Below the pieces are notes generated by a model. It was not told the origin of the DNA, ran no database searches, and saw only the letters and a program-made list of their open reading frames with translations. This document shows, in pieces, positions 43,537-53,028 of a stretch of 64,000 bases of DNA. The position numbers and the translations under genes were made by a program. Position 1 is the first letter of the stretch, and every line of letters begins with the position of its first letter. The stretch comes from Limisphaerales bacterium (GTDB lineage Bacteria > Verrucomicrobiota > Verrucomicrobiia > Limisphaerales > SIBE01): contig JBGAIN010000010.1 in assembly GCA_044225505.1 (NCBI GenBank), positions 1 through 64,000 of the forward strand, in the 5' to 3' direction.

Positions 43537-46500
43537 TTATGGGAGGGTCCGAACCCCAGGGAGCGGCTTTAACCCCTTGTCTGAGACCCGGACAAAAGCG
43601 CGCCCTTCGCCTTGCTCATGAACGAGTTTGAACACAATTACGTTCGTTCCGGCAATTAAAGGAAACTCTCGTTGCGAGCGGTCCTGTCCGGGATTTAATG
43701 GACGCACGCCGCCATGCTCGTAAACCCGAGCTCCGTTGACGTAAGCCAGGGCGTGATCATCGCTGCCGACGGTAAGGACGGCATTCTCCTGCTCTTCCTC
43801 CACTCGCACGTAGGCGACGGCATAGGCCACACCCGTTCCCCCTTTCTCTGCGCTCAGGTAATCGCTCAAGCGCAGGATTCCGTCGGTGGACCGGAATTCA
43901 CGCCAGATCAGGTCTAAGCCCCCCACGCGTATCGGATCGCCAGCCCGAGGCTGCAATCGGCCCTCGTCCGCAATTTGCGGAGCCCAAAGCGCTGCCTCGC
44001 CTCGCGCTTGCGGGGAAGGGATAGGTCCGAGCACGAGCCAACGTTTGAGCACCCCTTCATCCGCGACCCAGCCTGCCTGCCGACGTTCCTCAGTTAAAGT
44101 CAACTCACGTTCAGACTCCAATGGTGTTTTCACGGTCTGCCCTCGGTCGGGTTGCGACCATTCTGCCACCTGCTGCGGTGTGGCTGCTTCCCAAATCCGA
44201 ATGGTGCGGTCGAAGCAACCCGCTGCGATGTGACGGCCATCCGGAGAGAAAGCGACCGCATGAATCTCGTTCGGAGCTCGCAACGTGAGAAGCTCATGTC
44301 CGGTCGATACTTCCCAGACGCGCAGGCCGCCATCGGAGCTTCCGCTGACGATGCGCTTGCCATCGGGCGAGTAGGCTACGGACCAAACTTCCGTGACGGG
44401 TCCGCGCAGCGTGCGGAGCTCAATCCCTTGTGCGACGTCCCAAACTCGAATGGTCCCGTCTTGACTGGCGCTAGCAAGCTCTTGAGTCGCACCCATCGAG
44501 GCGAACGCCAGGGAGGTGAGGCCTTCACTATGACCGACGAAGGTATGGAGCACTTGGCCCGTGTCGGGATCCCAAATCTTGACCATGCGATCAAGGCCGG
44601 CGCTCGCCAGCCGGCTGCCATCGGCCGAGAACGCCACTGCGCGCACCGTATCCGCGTGGCCGGTTAATTGCCGGATCATCCGCCGTCCTGGAACATCCCA
44701 GAGCCGCACACTTCGATCCCAGCCGCCGGTGGCCATCTTTCGGCCGTCCGGCGTGAAAGCGATCGAGCGAATTCCATGGGTATGCCCGGCGAAACTGAAC
44801 AGTTCCTGGCCCGTGGCTGGGTCCCAGAGCTTGATCACCGGGTTCTTGTCAGAACCGCCGCTGGCGACCGCTCGGCCATCTGGAGTGAACGCAACGCTCG
44901 GGACAAAGCTGCCGATGCCATCGAAACGGCGCAGCTCAGCGCCGCTCTGCGTATCCCAAACGCGGGAGGTGCCATCCAAACCCGAACTGGCGAGTTGCCG
45001 ACCATCTTTAGAAAAAGCGATCGACCAGACTTCCCCGGTGTGGCCCTGGAGAATGCTCGCCTCGCGCGACCCGGTGGCTTGCCAGAGCTTGGCGGCACCG
45101 TCCCAGCCGCCGCTCAGCAGCTTGGTGCCATCGGGAGAGAACGCGAGGGCCCGGACGCCCTGGCGATGGCCTTTCAAAGTGAGAACCTCGCTGCCCGAGG
45201 CGGCATCCCAAAGCTTGACCGTGCGATCCGCTCCGGCGCTGGCAATCCGCTTGCCATCCGGACGAAAAGCGACACTTCGTACCGGGCCCGCATGGCCCTG
45301 GAAGGTGCGGCTTTCCTTGCCTGACGCGGTTTCCCAGAGTTTGACGGTGCCGTCCGCGCTGGCGCTCGCGAGCGCCTGGCTGTCGGATGAAAAGGCGAGG
45401 GCAGTCACGGGCTGACGGTGACCGGTCAGTTGGCGCCGTTCTTTTTGGGTTGTTGGATCCCAGAGCTTCAACGTTTGATCCCAACTCCCGGTCGCGAGGG
45501 TTCGACCGTCCCGGGAAAAGGCCAGCGCCAGCACCGGTTCGGCATGCGCTTTGAACGTCGATGACGGGCTGTCGTTGGCCGTGTCCCAAAGCATCACGTG
45601 CCCATCCCAGCCGCTGGTCGCGATCTGTCCGGACTCGGCCGAAATGCTCACCGCCGTTATCCCTCCCGGATGCCCCTTGGCCGTAAACAGCTTTCGGCCG
45701 CTCGGCATCTGCCAGACGTGCAAAGTCCCGTCTTCAGTTCCGGCCGCGAGCGACTGGCTGTCCGACGCGTAGGCAGCGGCATGGATGGGAACTCCATCAG
45801 CGGATAAGGTGCGAACCGGCCGCGTGGAGGCCGCGTCCCAGACTTTGAGAGTGCCATCTTTGCTGGCGGTGACGAACTGTCGGCCATCGGGCGCAAATGC
45901 GACCGCGAGCACCGCCTTTTCATGCGGGAAAAGATCGGCGAGTTCCAGGTGACAACGCCGCAGCCAGAAGTCCCATTCAAAACCTCGGTCGGGATAGACG
46001 CGGGTGTTTTCCAGGACATTTTGAACTTCATGGAGCTGGTTTTTATCCCAGTCGAGCTGCGCTTTTAACATGGCCCAGCCGTAAGCGTTGCGCAGTGCGG
46101 CGAGCTCTTCTTGTTCCGCCTTGCGCGCGGCTGCCTGGGCCAATTGCGCGTCGCGCTGGGCTTGGTTCTTGGCGATTTTTTCCTGATCGCGAGCGTGTCG
46201 GGCAATAATGGCCATGCGCGTGGTCAGTGTGATGCCTCCCAGGAGGAGGGCCGCAAACGCCAAGGTGACTCCGACCGCCAAGCGATTCCGGCGAACGAAC
46301 TTTTGCGCCCGGTAGCGAAGCGTGGGAGCGGCGGCCAGGACGGGTTCATCATTCAAGAACCGGACAATGTCCGCCGCCAGAGCGGCGACCGTGTCATACC
46401 GGCGCGTCCGATCCTTTTCCAGCGTCTTCATCACGATCCAATCCAGTTCGCCCTTCACCAGATGGATCAGCTTCGGAGCTTCCGCCTGGCGGCGTTTGGC

Positions 46501-47439
46501 TACGGTGGTGCGTTCGCGGAAATCGAGGGAACTCAAGCGGGTGGAAGGGCGGAGAGGCTCTTCCTCGCGAATGATGCGGCGGAGTTCATCCAGGCCCTTG
46601 GCGGCCAGTTCTTTGGTGTCGAAGGGGGTTCGCCCGGTCAAAAGTTCGTAGAGCAGTACTCCCAGCGCGTAGACGTCGCTGCGCGTGTCGATGTCGAGCC
46701 CGGTCATCTCCGCCTGTTCGGGGCTCATGTAGGCGGGGGTGCCGATGAATTGTTCGACTGCAGTGATGACCGTTCGGTCGGTCAGCGGTTGGCCTGTCAT
46801 GGCCTTGGCAATGCCGAAATCGATTACCTTGGGAATTGGAGTGGCATCCTGGAAAGTGACGAGAATGTTGGACGGTTTGATGTCACGATGGATGATGCCT
46901 TTTTGGTGCGCGTGCTGGATCGCATGGCAAACCTGGATGAACAACCGAAGCCGATCGTTGGTTGCTAATTGGTGTTTATCGCAATATTCCGTGATCCTCT
47001 CGCCCTTGACCAGTTCCATGACGAAGAACGGTCGCCCTGCATTGGTGGCGCCGGCATCCAGGACCTTGGCAATATTCGGGTGGTCCATCATGGCCAGTGC
47101 CTGTCGCTCGGCGGCGAACCGGGCCAGCACTTGCTTGGTGTCCATTCCCGCTTTGATCAGCTTAAGCGCGACGCGCCGGCGGACGGGCTCTTTCTGCTCC
47201 GCCAGATAGACGACGCCGCAGCCGCCTTCACCGAGGGGTTCGATCAATCGGTAGCTTCCAACCTGGTCTCCCGATTGTTCGGTCGTGGGCAGGGAAACCG
47301 GCACGGTGCTACTGGTCGTTGTGTCCTGCTGTGTCGGGCGCTCCGATGCGCTGAGGGTGCGGCATTTAGGGCATGAGTCGCCCGGGGCATCGGCCATAAA
47401 GGCGGCCCCACACGAAACACATTGGCGGGAATCGAGCAT
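43537..47439 (-). CDS. Membrane Ser/Thr protein kinase with ~14 WD40 repeats and C-terminal beta-sandwich domain
   Basis: GEGGCGVV, ALK, HRDIKPSN, DFG, GTPAYMSPEQ; TM segment; repeated GH..V..VAFSPDG..WD; VAYA..GSDD..NG tail. Confidence 0.93.
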   Translation of the reverse strand: MLDSRQCVSCGAAFMADAPGDSCPKCRTLSASERPTQQDTTTSSTVPVSLPTTEQSGDQVGSYRLIEPLGEGGCGVVYLAEQKEPVRRRVALKLIKAGMDTKQVLARFAAERQALAMMDHPNIAKVLDAGATNAGRPFFVMELVKGERITEYCDKHQLATNDRLRLFIQVCHAIQHAHQKGIIHRDIKPSNILVTFQDATPIPKVIDFGIAKAMTGQPLTDRTVITAVEQFIGTPAYMSPEQAEMTGLDIDTRSDVYALGVLLYELLTGRTPFDTKELAAKGLDELRRIIREEEPLRPSTRLSSLDFRERTTVAKRRQAEAPKLIHLVKGELDWIVMKTLEKDRTRRYDTVAALAADIVRFLNDEPVLAAAPTLRYRAQKFVRRNRLAVGVTLAFAALLLGGITLTTRMAIIARHARDQEKIAKNQAQRDAQLAQAAARKAEQEELAALRNAYGWAMLKAQLDWDKNQLHEVQNVLENTRVYPDRGFEWDFWLRRCHLELADLFPHEKAVLAVAFAPDGRQFVTASKDGTLKVWDAASTRPVRTLSADGVPIHAAAYASDSQSLAAGTEDGTLHVWQMPSGRKLFTAKGHPGGITAVSISAESGQIATSGWDGHVMLWDTANDSPSSTFKAHAEPVLALAFSRDGRTLATGSWDQTLKLWDPTTQKERRQLTGHRQPVTALAFSSDSQALASASADGTVKLWETASGKESRTFQGHAGPVRSVAFRPDGKRIASAGADRTVKLWDAASGSEVLTLKGHRQGVRALAFSPDGTKLLSGGWDGAAKLWQATGSREASILQGHTGEVWSIAFSKDGRQLASSGLDGTSRVWDTQSGAELRRFDGIGSFVPSVAFTPDGRAVASGGSDKNPVIKLWDPATGQELFSFAGHTHGIRSIAFTPDGRKMATGGWDRSVRLWDVPGRRMIRQLTGHADTVRAVAFSADGSRLASAGLDRMVKIWDPDTGQVLHTFVGHSEGLTSLAFASMGATQELASASQDGTIRVWDVAQGIELRTLRGPVTEVWSVAYSPDGKRIVSGSSDGGLRVWEVSTGHELLTLRAPNEIHAVAFSPDGRHIAAGCFDRTIRIWEAATPQQVAEWSQPDRGQTVKTPLESERELTLTEERRQAGWVADEGVLKRWLVLGPIPSPQARGEAALWAPQIADEGRLQPRAGDPIRVGGLDLIWREFRSTDGILRLSDYLSAEKGGTGVAYAVAYVRVEEEQENAVLTVGSDDHALAYVNGARVYEHGGVRPLNPGQDRSQREFPLIAGTNVIVFKLVHEQGEGRAFVRVSDKGLKPLPGVRTLP

Positions 47440-47519
47440 GCGTCACTGGCCCTCGTCAGGGTTTCACAGAAACCGCGCCACACGACAAGCAGATTATCCT
47501 GAAACGCTTTTCATTCGTA

Positions 47520-47612
47520 TATAACACGGGTTTAACACGGATTTAACAGGGATATAACACGGATGAGTTCCGTGTTAAATGCGTTTTAATTCTGAGTCCA
47601 ATCCATGTTATA
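47520..47612. repeat. Palindromic array of 11-bp units (TWTAACACGGR)
   Basis: TATAACACGGG TTTAACACGGA TTTAACAGGGA TATAACACGGA tgagt TCCGTGTTAAA TGCGTTTTAAT TCTGAGTCCAA TCCATGTTATA. Confidence 0.85.
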
Positions 47613-47905
47613 ATCGAACGGTGACGGATGGCGGCGCGGACGTTGGCCGTTTGGCGACACGGCAAGTTTATGACCGACAGACTCCGTCGGTTGCACTCGC
47701 TTCGTGGGTCGACTCGCGACTATGGCGCGGAAATTGTCCGAAAGACAGGACCCCGGCTCACCGACCTGGAAGCTCCACCGTCGTCAAAAGGGACGGGCTC
47801 CTGAGTCAGTGGCAGCATCCGCGCTTTTTTAACAACGATTCCTCGAATCTCAGTGAATAATTCCTTGGGGGTTGCCCTTGCCCGGGGCCCTGCTAACTTC
47901 CCGGT

Positions 47906-48913
47906 ATGAACCTTCCCGTCCCTGAGGCTTGTTCCTGCGGCCATTCCTTGAATCGCCGCGATTTCATCAAAACCACCTTGACTGGAGTTGCGGCCGCCGC
48001 TGTCGGCGCTGTGCCAGCGCTCCAAACGGCGGCAGCCCCAACGCGGACTTCCAAGTCCGAGACTCTGGTCACCTCCTTGTACAAAGCGCTTCGCCCAGAG
48101 CAACGCGAGGCGATCTGCTTTCCTTTCGATCATCCGCTTCGCACCAAAGTGGACAACAATTGGCAGATCACCAAACAGAACATCAGCCAGTTGTTCAACC
48201 CGGACGAGCAAGCCTTGGTGCGCGAAATCTTCCTTAACTTACACAGTCCCGAGTATGCCGAACGTGTCATGCACCAAGTGGAGCATGACGCGGGTAAGGA
48301 CGGGTTTGGCGCCTGCTCCGTGGCTCTGTTCGGGCAGCCTGGCACAGGCCAGTTTGAATTCGTGCTCACGGGGCGCCACGTGACACGCCGTTGCGACGGG
48401 GATTCAGTCGAAGGGACGGCTTTTGGCGGCCCGATCTTCTACGGCCACGCCGCGGAGGGCGACACTGAGAAACCGGACCATCCGGGCAACGCCTATTGGT
48501 TCCAAGCGCAGCGGGCCAACGAGGTGTTCGGCGCGCTGGATGGGAAACAGCGCCAAATGGCGCTTCTGGGAACGGCGCGTCCTGAGGATGGGAATGAGAC
48601 GGTCAAACTCACGGGTAAATCCCAAGGGCTCCCGGGCATTCCAGTCTCGGAGTTGTCGCGCGACCAGAGGGAATTAATCCGCAAAGTCATGGCGGACCTG
48701 CTCGCGCCGTTCCGGCAGGAAGATGCTCAGGAAGCGATGAAGCTCATCGAAAAGAACGGCTTCGAGCATTTGCACATGGCGTTCTACCGCAATCAGGATA
48801 TTGGCAACGACGGCATTTGGGACGTCTGGCAGATCGAAGGTCCCACCATGCTCTGGTACTTTCGCGGAAAACCGCATGTGCATACCTGGGTGCACATTCG
48901 AGACGCGGTTTAA
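47906..48913 (+). CDS. Tat-exported DUF3500-like protein
   Basis: NRRDFIK twin-arginine signal; GRHVT, GGPIFYGH, IEGP..WYFRGKPHVH. Confidence 0.75.
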   Translation: MNLPVPEACSCGHSLNRRDFIKTTLTGVAAAAVGAVPALQTAAAPTRTSKSETLVTSLYKALRPEQREAICFPFDHPLRTKVDNNWQITKQNISQLFNPDEQALVREIFLNLHSPEYAERVMHQVEHDAGKDGFGACSVALFGQPGTGQFEFVLTGRHVTRRCDGDSVEGTAFGGPIFYGHAAEGDTEKPDHPGNAYWFQAQRANEVFGALDGKQRQMALLGTARPEDGNETVKLTGKSQGLPGIPVSELSRDQRELIRKVMADLLAPFRQEDAQEAMKLIEKNGFEHLHMAFYRNQDIGNDGIWDVWQIEGPTMLWYFRGKPHVHTWVHIRDAV

Positions 48914-50817
48914 TCGGACGGGCCGGGGAGAAGCCGCGCTGGCCGAGGGAGAGGGCGATAAAAGATATAAGGGCCGATGCGGTGGACTTCCCGGCACTGC
49001 CCTTGCACAAAGTGCACGAGGGTGGCAATGGGCGGGGGCGCACCGTCTTTCCAACCGCGGGCGACAAACTCGTGCACGACCAAGAGCGGTCGTTTGGCTT
49101 GGACCAAGCCGTCCAGAATACGATCTTGTTGGGCGGCTGAGAGTTGACCCCAACCGGTGCAGTTGAGCAATGTGGGCGGTCGTTTCCCCGTCCAAAAGTA
49201 AAGGCTGTTAAATCCCGGATAAGTGACGAAGGTATCGCATTCTGCCGTCAGGTATTGTGTCAGGTTTTGATAAAGGTCGACGGCTTCCTGACCCAGCCGA
49301 ATGCGCTCAGTGCCGGAAAGGTTCAACGGCTGCAACTCCGCGTAAGACCGTCGAGCCAGATGCGGCTGGCACCAAACCATCGCGAACAGGTAGAGCAAAG
49401 CGACCCAACCGAGCGCCCGCGCGGGGGTGTTGGAGTTTGGGGTGATTTGCGCGAGGGTGCGCGCCACGAGAGTGCTCCGGCAGAGCGCTGTCAGGGCGTC
49501 GTGGAGACAAACGGTGTAGACCAGCACGAGCGGGAAGGTCGCCAGCGAGACTTGCGTGCCCGCGATCGGGTAGGCCTGCAGCCCTTGCCAAGCCGCAGAC
49601 AGGCCTAGGAATGTCCTCGGGAAAGTCTCACGGGCATCCGATGAAGGCGCGGTTGGAACGAGGACGAGCCACGTCCAAGGAAGCAAGAACCCCAGCTGCG
49701 AAAACGGATCGCGCGTCAGGCAGAGGCAACCCAGGCACCCATACGCGAATTTGAGGAGAAGGATGGCGCGGCGAAGGCCGTGAGCTTCCGGCCGAGCCAC
49801 GAGAGCGAAGGCAACCGCCAGAGCCAATACGGCATTCCACAGCACCGAGCTGGGCAGCAGGATAGGTTGGAGCGCCACGGAGGGCATTTTCAGCGGCGTG
49901 CGGATTAAGCCATCATAGGCTCCTTCCAGCGACGTGCCTTGGAGCGCCAGCGTAGTCAGGCAGGCCAGAGCAGGGAGGGCAAAAGCCAGAGCGATGCGTC
50001 CGTATCGGCTCCAGCTGAGTTTGATAGTCGCGGCGAATCGAGCGGAGATCAGCGTCGTCGCGAGCAAGGTACCCGCGGAGATCACCGCATAGTTGCGACA
50101 CCAGTCAGCGGCCACGTGCTGCCGCATCAGCCAAAAAGGCAGAAGGCAGAATGCGGCTGCGGCCAAGCCGGTGTAAACCCGGTGATTAAACCGGTCCGCC
50201 GTATGACAGCGAGCCGCCCAAAACAAGGCGAACGCCAAAAAAGCGCCGACATTCACTTTGATCAGGGCACAGGACGCGGCGACGAGCGCAAGCCGTTCCA
50301 AGGGGAGTGGCCGACGGGTGGGGTGAGTGCTCCACAAAACTCCGAGCGCCAGCAGGAGGGCCACAATTTCCTGGGGATGTCCTGGCTCATTGCTAATCGT
50401 CGCCAGATGCAGGACCGCTTGCATGAACACAAAAACCGCTGCCGCATTGGAGCGAAGGAGTTGACGGCTTGCCCACGCCAGCAAGAGCGAAGCGCCGAGC
50501 CAGTGGCCAAGGCAGAGCAAGCGCGTGGCGTCGTGAGTTAACGGGATTTTCAAAGCCCCGCGCAGAACCCATTGGTAAAGGTAATAGAGCGGGCCGTACT
50601 GAGTGAAGACCGCGTCATAAAGCGCGTTGCCATCTAAGAACCCTCGGACCGAAATCATCAGGTAGCCTTCGTCATCGCCGACGAAATGACTGAAAATCTC
50701 GTAATACGCAGAGGCCAGCGCGACAGCTAAAAAGGGTAACAGAATCAGCCCGAGGCGAACGGCGCTGGGCCAGCGCGTTGTCTCGATGCGACCTGGAGGA
50801 AGGAGAGTAGACCTCAT
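48910..50817 (-). CDS. Polytopic membrane protein, putative GT-C glycosyltransferase
   Basis: DDEGY acidic motif after TM1, LYD.VFTQYGPLYY, more than 10 TM segments, soluble C-terminal domain. Confidence 0.6.
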   Translation of the reverse strand: MRSTLLPPGRIETTRWPSAVRLGLILLPFLAVALASAYYEIFSHFVGDDEGYLMISVRGFLDGNALYDAVFTQYGPLYYLYQWVLRGALKIPLTHDATRLLCLGHWLGASLLLAWASRQLLRSNAAAVFVFMQAVLHLATISNEPGHPQEIVALLLALGVLWSTHPTRRPLPLERLALVAASCALIKVNVGAFLAFALFWAARCHTADRFNHRVYTGLAAAAFCLLPFWLMRQHVAADWCRNYAVISAGTLLATTLISARFAATIKLSWSRYGRIALAFALPALACLTTLALQGTSLEGAYDGLIRTPLKMPSVALQPILLPSSVLWNAVLALAVAFALVARPEAHGLRRAILLLKFAYGCLGCLCLTRDPFSQLGFLLPWTWLVLVPTAPSSDARETFPRTFLGLSAAWQGLQAYPIAGTQVSLATFPLVLVYTVCLHDALTALCRSTLVARTLAQITPNSNTPARALGWVALLYLFAMVWCQPHLARRSYAELQPLNLSGTERIRLGQEAVDLYQNLTQYLTAECDTFVTYPGFNSLYFWTGKRPPTLLNCTGWGQLSAAQQDRILDGLVQAKRPLLVVHEFVARGWKDGAPPPIATLVHFVQGQCREVHRIGPYIFYRPLPRPARLLPGPSD

Positions 50818-51530
50818 GAGAAGAGGGGACGTTCCCAGATACCAACGATCGACTTGCCGAGCCGATAGCCCGTCACGGGGTCAAATAGTTTTGAGCACGG
50901 CACCATGTATCGGTCCCAGACTGCCAGTTGCTGGACGGTGGGCAGGGCTTGGCGCAAGAGCAGCCGGTTCGCCGCCGACGCGAGCATTCCGACCGCATCG
51001 AGGTAAAAGCAGCGTTTTAAGCGCAGTCCCGTTGGAGTCAGTTGCGTCAGACTCCGTCGCGTATAGCGCCGGCAATGTCCAATCGCTCGATCGAACGCGC
51101 TGAACAACCAAGGATGAGCGGGCGAAAGAACAATCAAGTGTCCTCCAGGATTCAACCGCCGGGACGCCGCGGTCGCTTCCCGGGCATCATCTGGAATATG
51201 TTCCAGCACGTCGATATAGAGGATCGAGTCGAACCGGTCCGCGGGTGGCAGTGTGTCCAAGATCCCGTGCACGACTTCGCAACCAGCGCTGGCGGGGTTT
51301 TCTTTAAGCTGTGTTTGCAGTGTCCGAACCAGCCTTTCGTCCGGTTCGAGACAAACCCAGCGCGTCCTCGGGTCGTGGCGTAACCGAACGGTATTCGAGC
51401 CAATGCCAGCGCCCACTTCCAGCACGCTGCCGTGAATATGCGTGCGAAGAGCGTTCACCCAGTAATCTTTCCAATTGTGGGCTGCAGCGAATAAGTCCAG
51501 CTCGCCGCCTGGGTAATGCAGATTATCCAT
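50814..51530 (-). CDS. Class I SAM-dependent methyltransferase
   Basis: VLEVGAGIG, DVLEHI, GHCRRY. Confidence 0.88.
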   Translation of the reverse strand: MDNLHYPGGELDLFAAAHNWKDYWVNALRTHIHGSVLEVGAGIGSNTVRLRHDPRTRWVCLEPDERLVRTLQTQLKENPASAGCEVVHGILDTLPPADRFDSILYIDVLEHIPDDAREATAASRRLNPGGHLIVLSPAHPWLFSAFDRAIGHCRRYTRRSLTQLTPTGLRLKRCFYLDAVGMLASAANRLLLRQALPTVQQLAVWDRYMVPCSKLFDPVTGYRLGKSIVGIWERPLFS

Positions 51531-52509
51531 GGCGCGACGTGACTCTCACCGCGCGATCCACAAAAAAGCGATAGTCGCGAATCGGGAGAAAATTGAGACT
51601 GTTCCGTTGCGAGAGCAGATTGAGAACGAGTGAGAAGGAGCCAACCGCCAGAAGGACGAGCAGGAGGAGCAGTCCCCAACCGTACAAGGCCCAAATCGGG
51701 GTCGCGGTCTTGGAGTAGAACTGAGCCACGAAGGTTCCGAGCATCACCCCGCCGCAGAGGCAGCAAAGGCCCACGACGATTAACAGCAACCGAACGGCCA
51801 CGAGGTCACTGAATACCGAAATGGCATGAAGACCATGCATGACCAGGGACAGGGAGTTCATCTTGGAACGTCCGCTGTAGCGATGTCCTCGTTGGGTCGG
51901 AATCGTGCCGTAAGCCAGTCGCGAATCAAAAACCGCAGCGGCGTAATGATTCCACATGGCGGGCAGCGTGACCAAGCTGGACACCGCGCGCGCCGGGACA
52001 ATGCTGAAATTCCCCACGCGCACTCGGATACCAGTCAAACCCCAATGGACGACTTGGTAAGCTCGGTAGAGTGTGCGAAAGAACAGCGATTCCGTGCGGC
52101 GAGTGCGTTCTGCAAACAGGATGCGTTCACCGCCGCTCGATCGGAACTCTTCCAAAAGACGGCGGGCATCTTCCGGACGATCTTCGCCGTCGGCGTCCAT
52201 GATGAGCAAGGCGTCACAGGGGATTTGGTCGTGGACATAAGCGACCCCGAGAGCGATCGCGCGTTGATGCCCTACATTGCGTCGGAGAAGGAGGACATCG
52301 ACAGGACAGGGGATACAATCAGACAGACCAGGCGTCTCGGTCACAGGGTGGCGCGAGCCATCGTCAACCAGCAGCACGCGGAGCTGGAGGTCCGAAGGGG
52401 CAAACTGCGCCGCCAGTTCTTTGAGTAACTGGACGGCCGATGCGCCATCTTCATAGACCGGCGCTATCAGGACCAGTCGCATTGGCGATGGCAGTGGAGC
52501 GCCCATCAT
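51523..52509 (-). CDS. GT2 polyprenol-phosphate glycosyltransferase (GtrB/ArnC-like)
   Basis: VDDGS, RNVGHQRAI, MDADGED, two C-terminal TM segments. Confidence 0.85.
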   Translation of the reverse strand: MMGAPLPSPMRLVLIAPVYEDGASAVQLLKELAAQFAPSDLQLRVLLVDDGSRHPVTETPGLSDCIPCPVDVLLLRRNVGHQRAIALGVAYVHDQIPCDALLIMDADGEDRPEDARRLLEEFRSSGGERILFAERTRRTESLFFRTLYRAYQVVHWGLTGIRVRVGNFSIVPARAVSSLVTLPAMWNHYAAAVFDSRLAYGTIPTQRGHRYSGRSKMNSLSLVMHGLHAISVFSDLVAVRLLLIVVGLCCLCGGVMLGTFVAQFYSKTATPIWALYGWGLLLLLVLLAVGSFSLVLNLLSQRNSLNFLPIRDYRFFVDRAVRVTSRHG

Positions 52510-53028
52510 GGGATTTGGCCAAACGTTTCGTCCAAGTCACTACGGGGGGAGCAATTGCATTGCCAGTACTCAAAGGTGGGTCGTTGCGCCGGACTCGAGG
52601 TGGGTCCAGTGGCCGCGATATTACCCTCGCTTCGATCCTGGAGAGGCCGGATCGGCGACTCCCCTTCCGGCATTTCAGGACTCGACCGCACCGCTTAACA
52701 CTTGGGGGCGAGAAATTTACCCAACCGAGAGCAAATTGCTCTCACTTTCCCCGAACTAAACCGACAGGGAGCGTGTCGATCTGGGCAGCCGCATCGCGGA
52801 GGGTGCCAAGGGGGAAGGCCAGGTGCGGCTGTCCGGCAATTTCTGACCAGGCACGCTGGAATGAAATTCTCCCCGAGGAGCGGGCGTTCTCGCAAGTATG
52901 GGACTTGCTCCCTGGCGGACCGAGGCGCCTGGTAGACGGGGGGGTGTCTCGATTGGTGACAAGAATGTGGGCATCCGTCTTGAAAGATTTAAGCGGCTAA
53001 ATTGTTACCGATCTCGACGGCACCAGGA

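Noticed and set aside
47520..47612. CRISPR array or replication origin
   Set aside because: Units are contiguous 11-mers without spacers; no cas, rep or dnaA genes and no DnaA-box cluster nearby.
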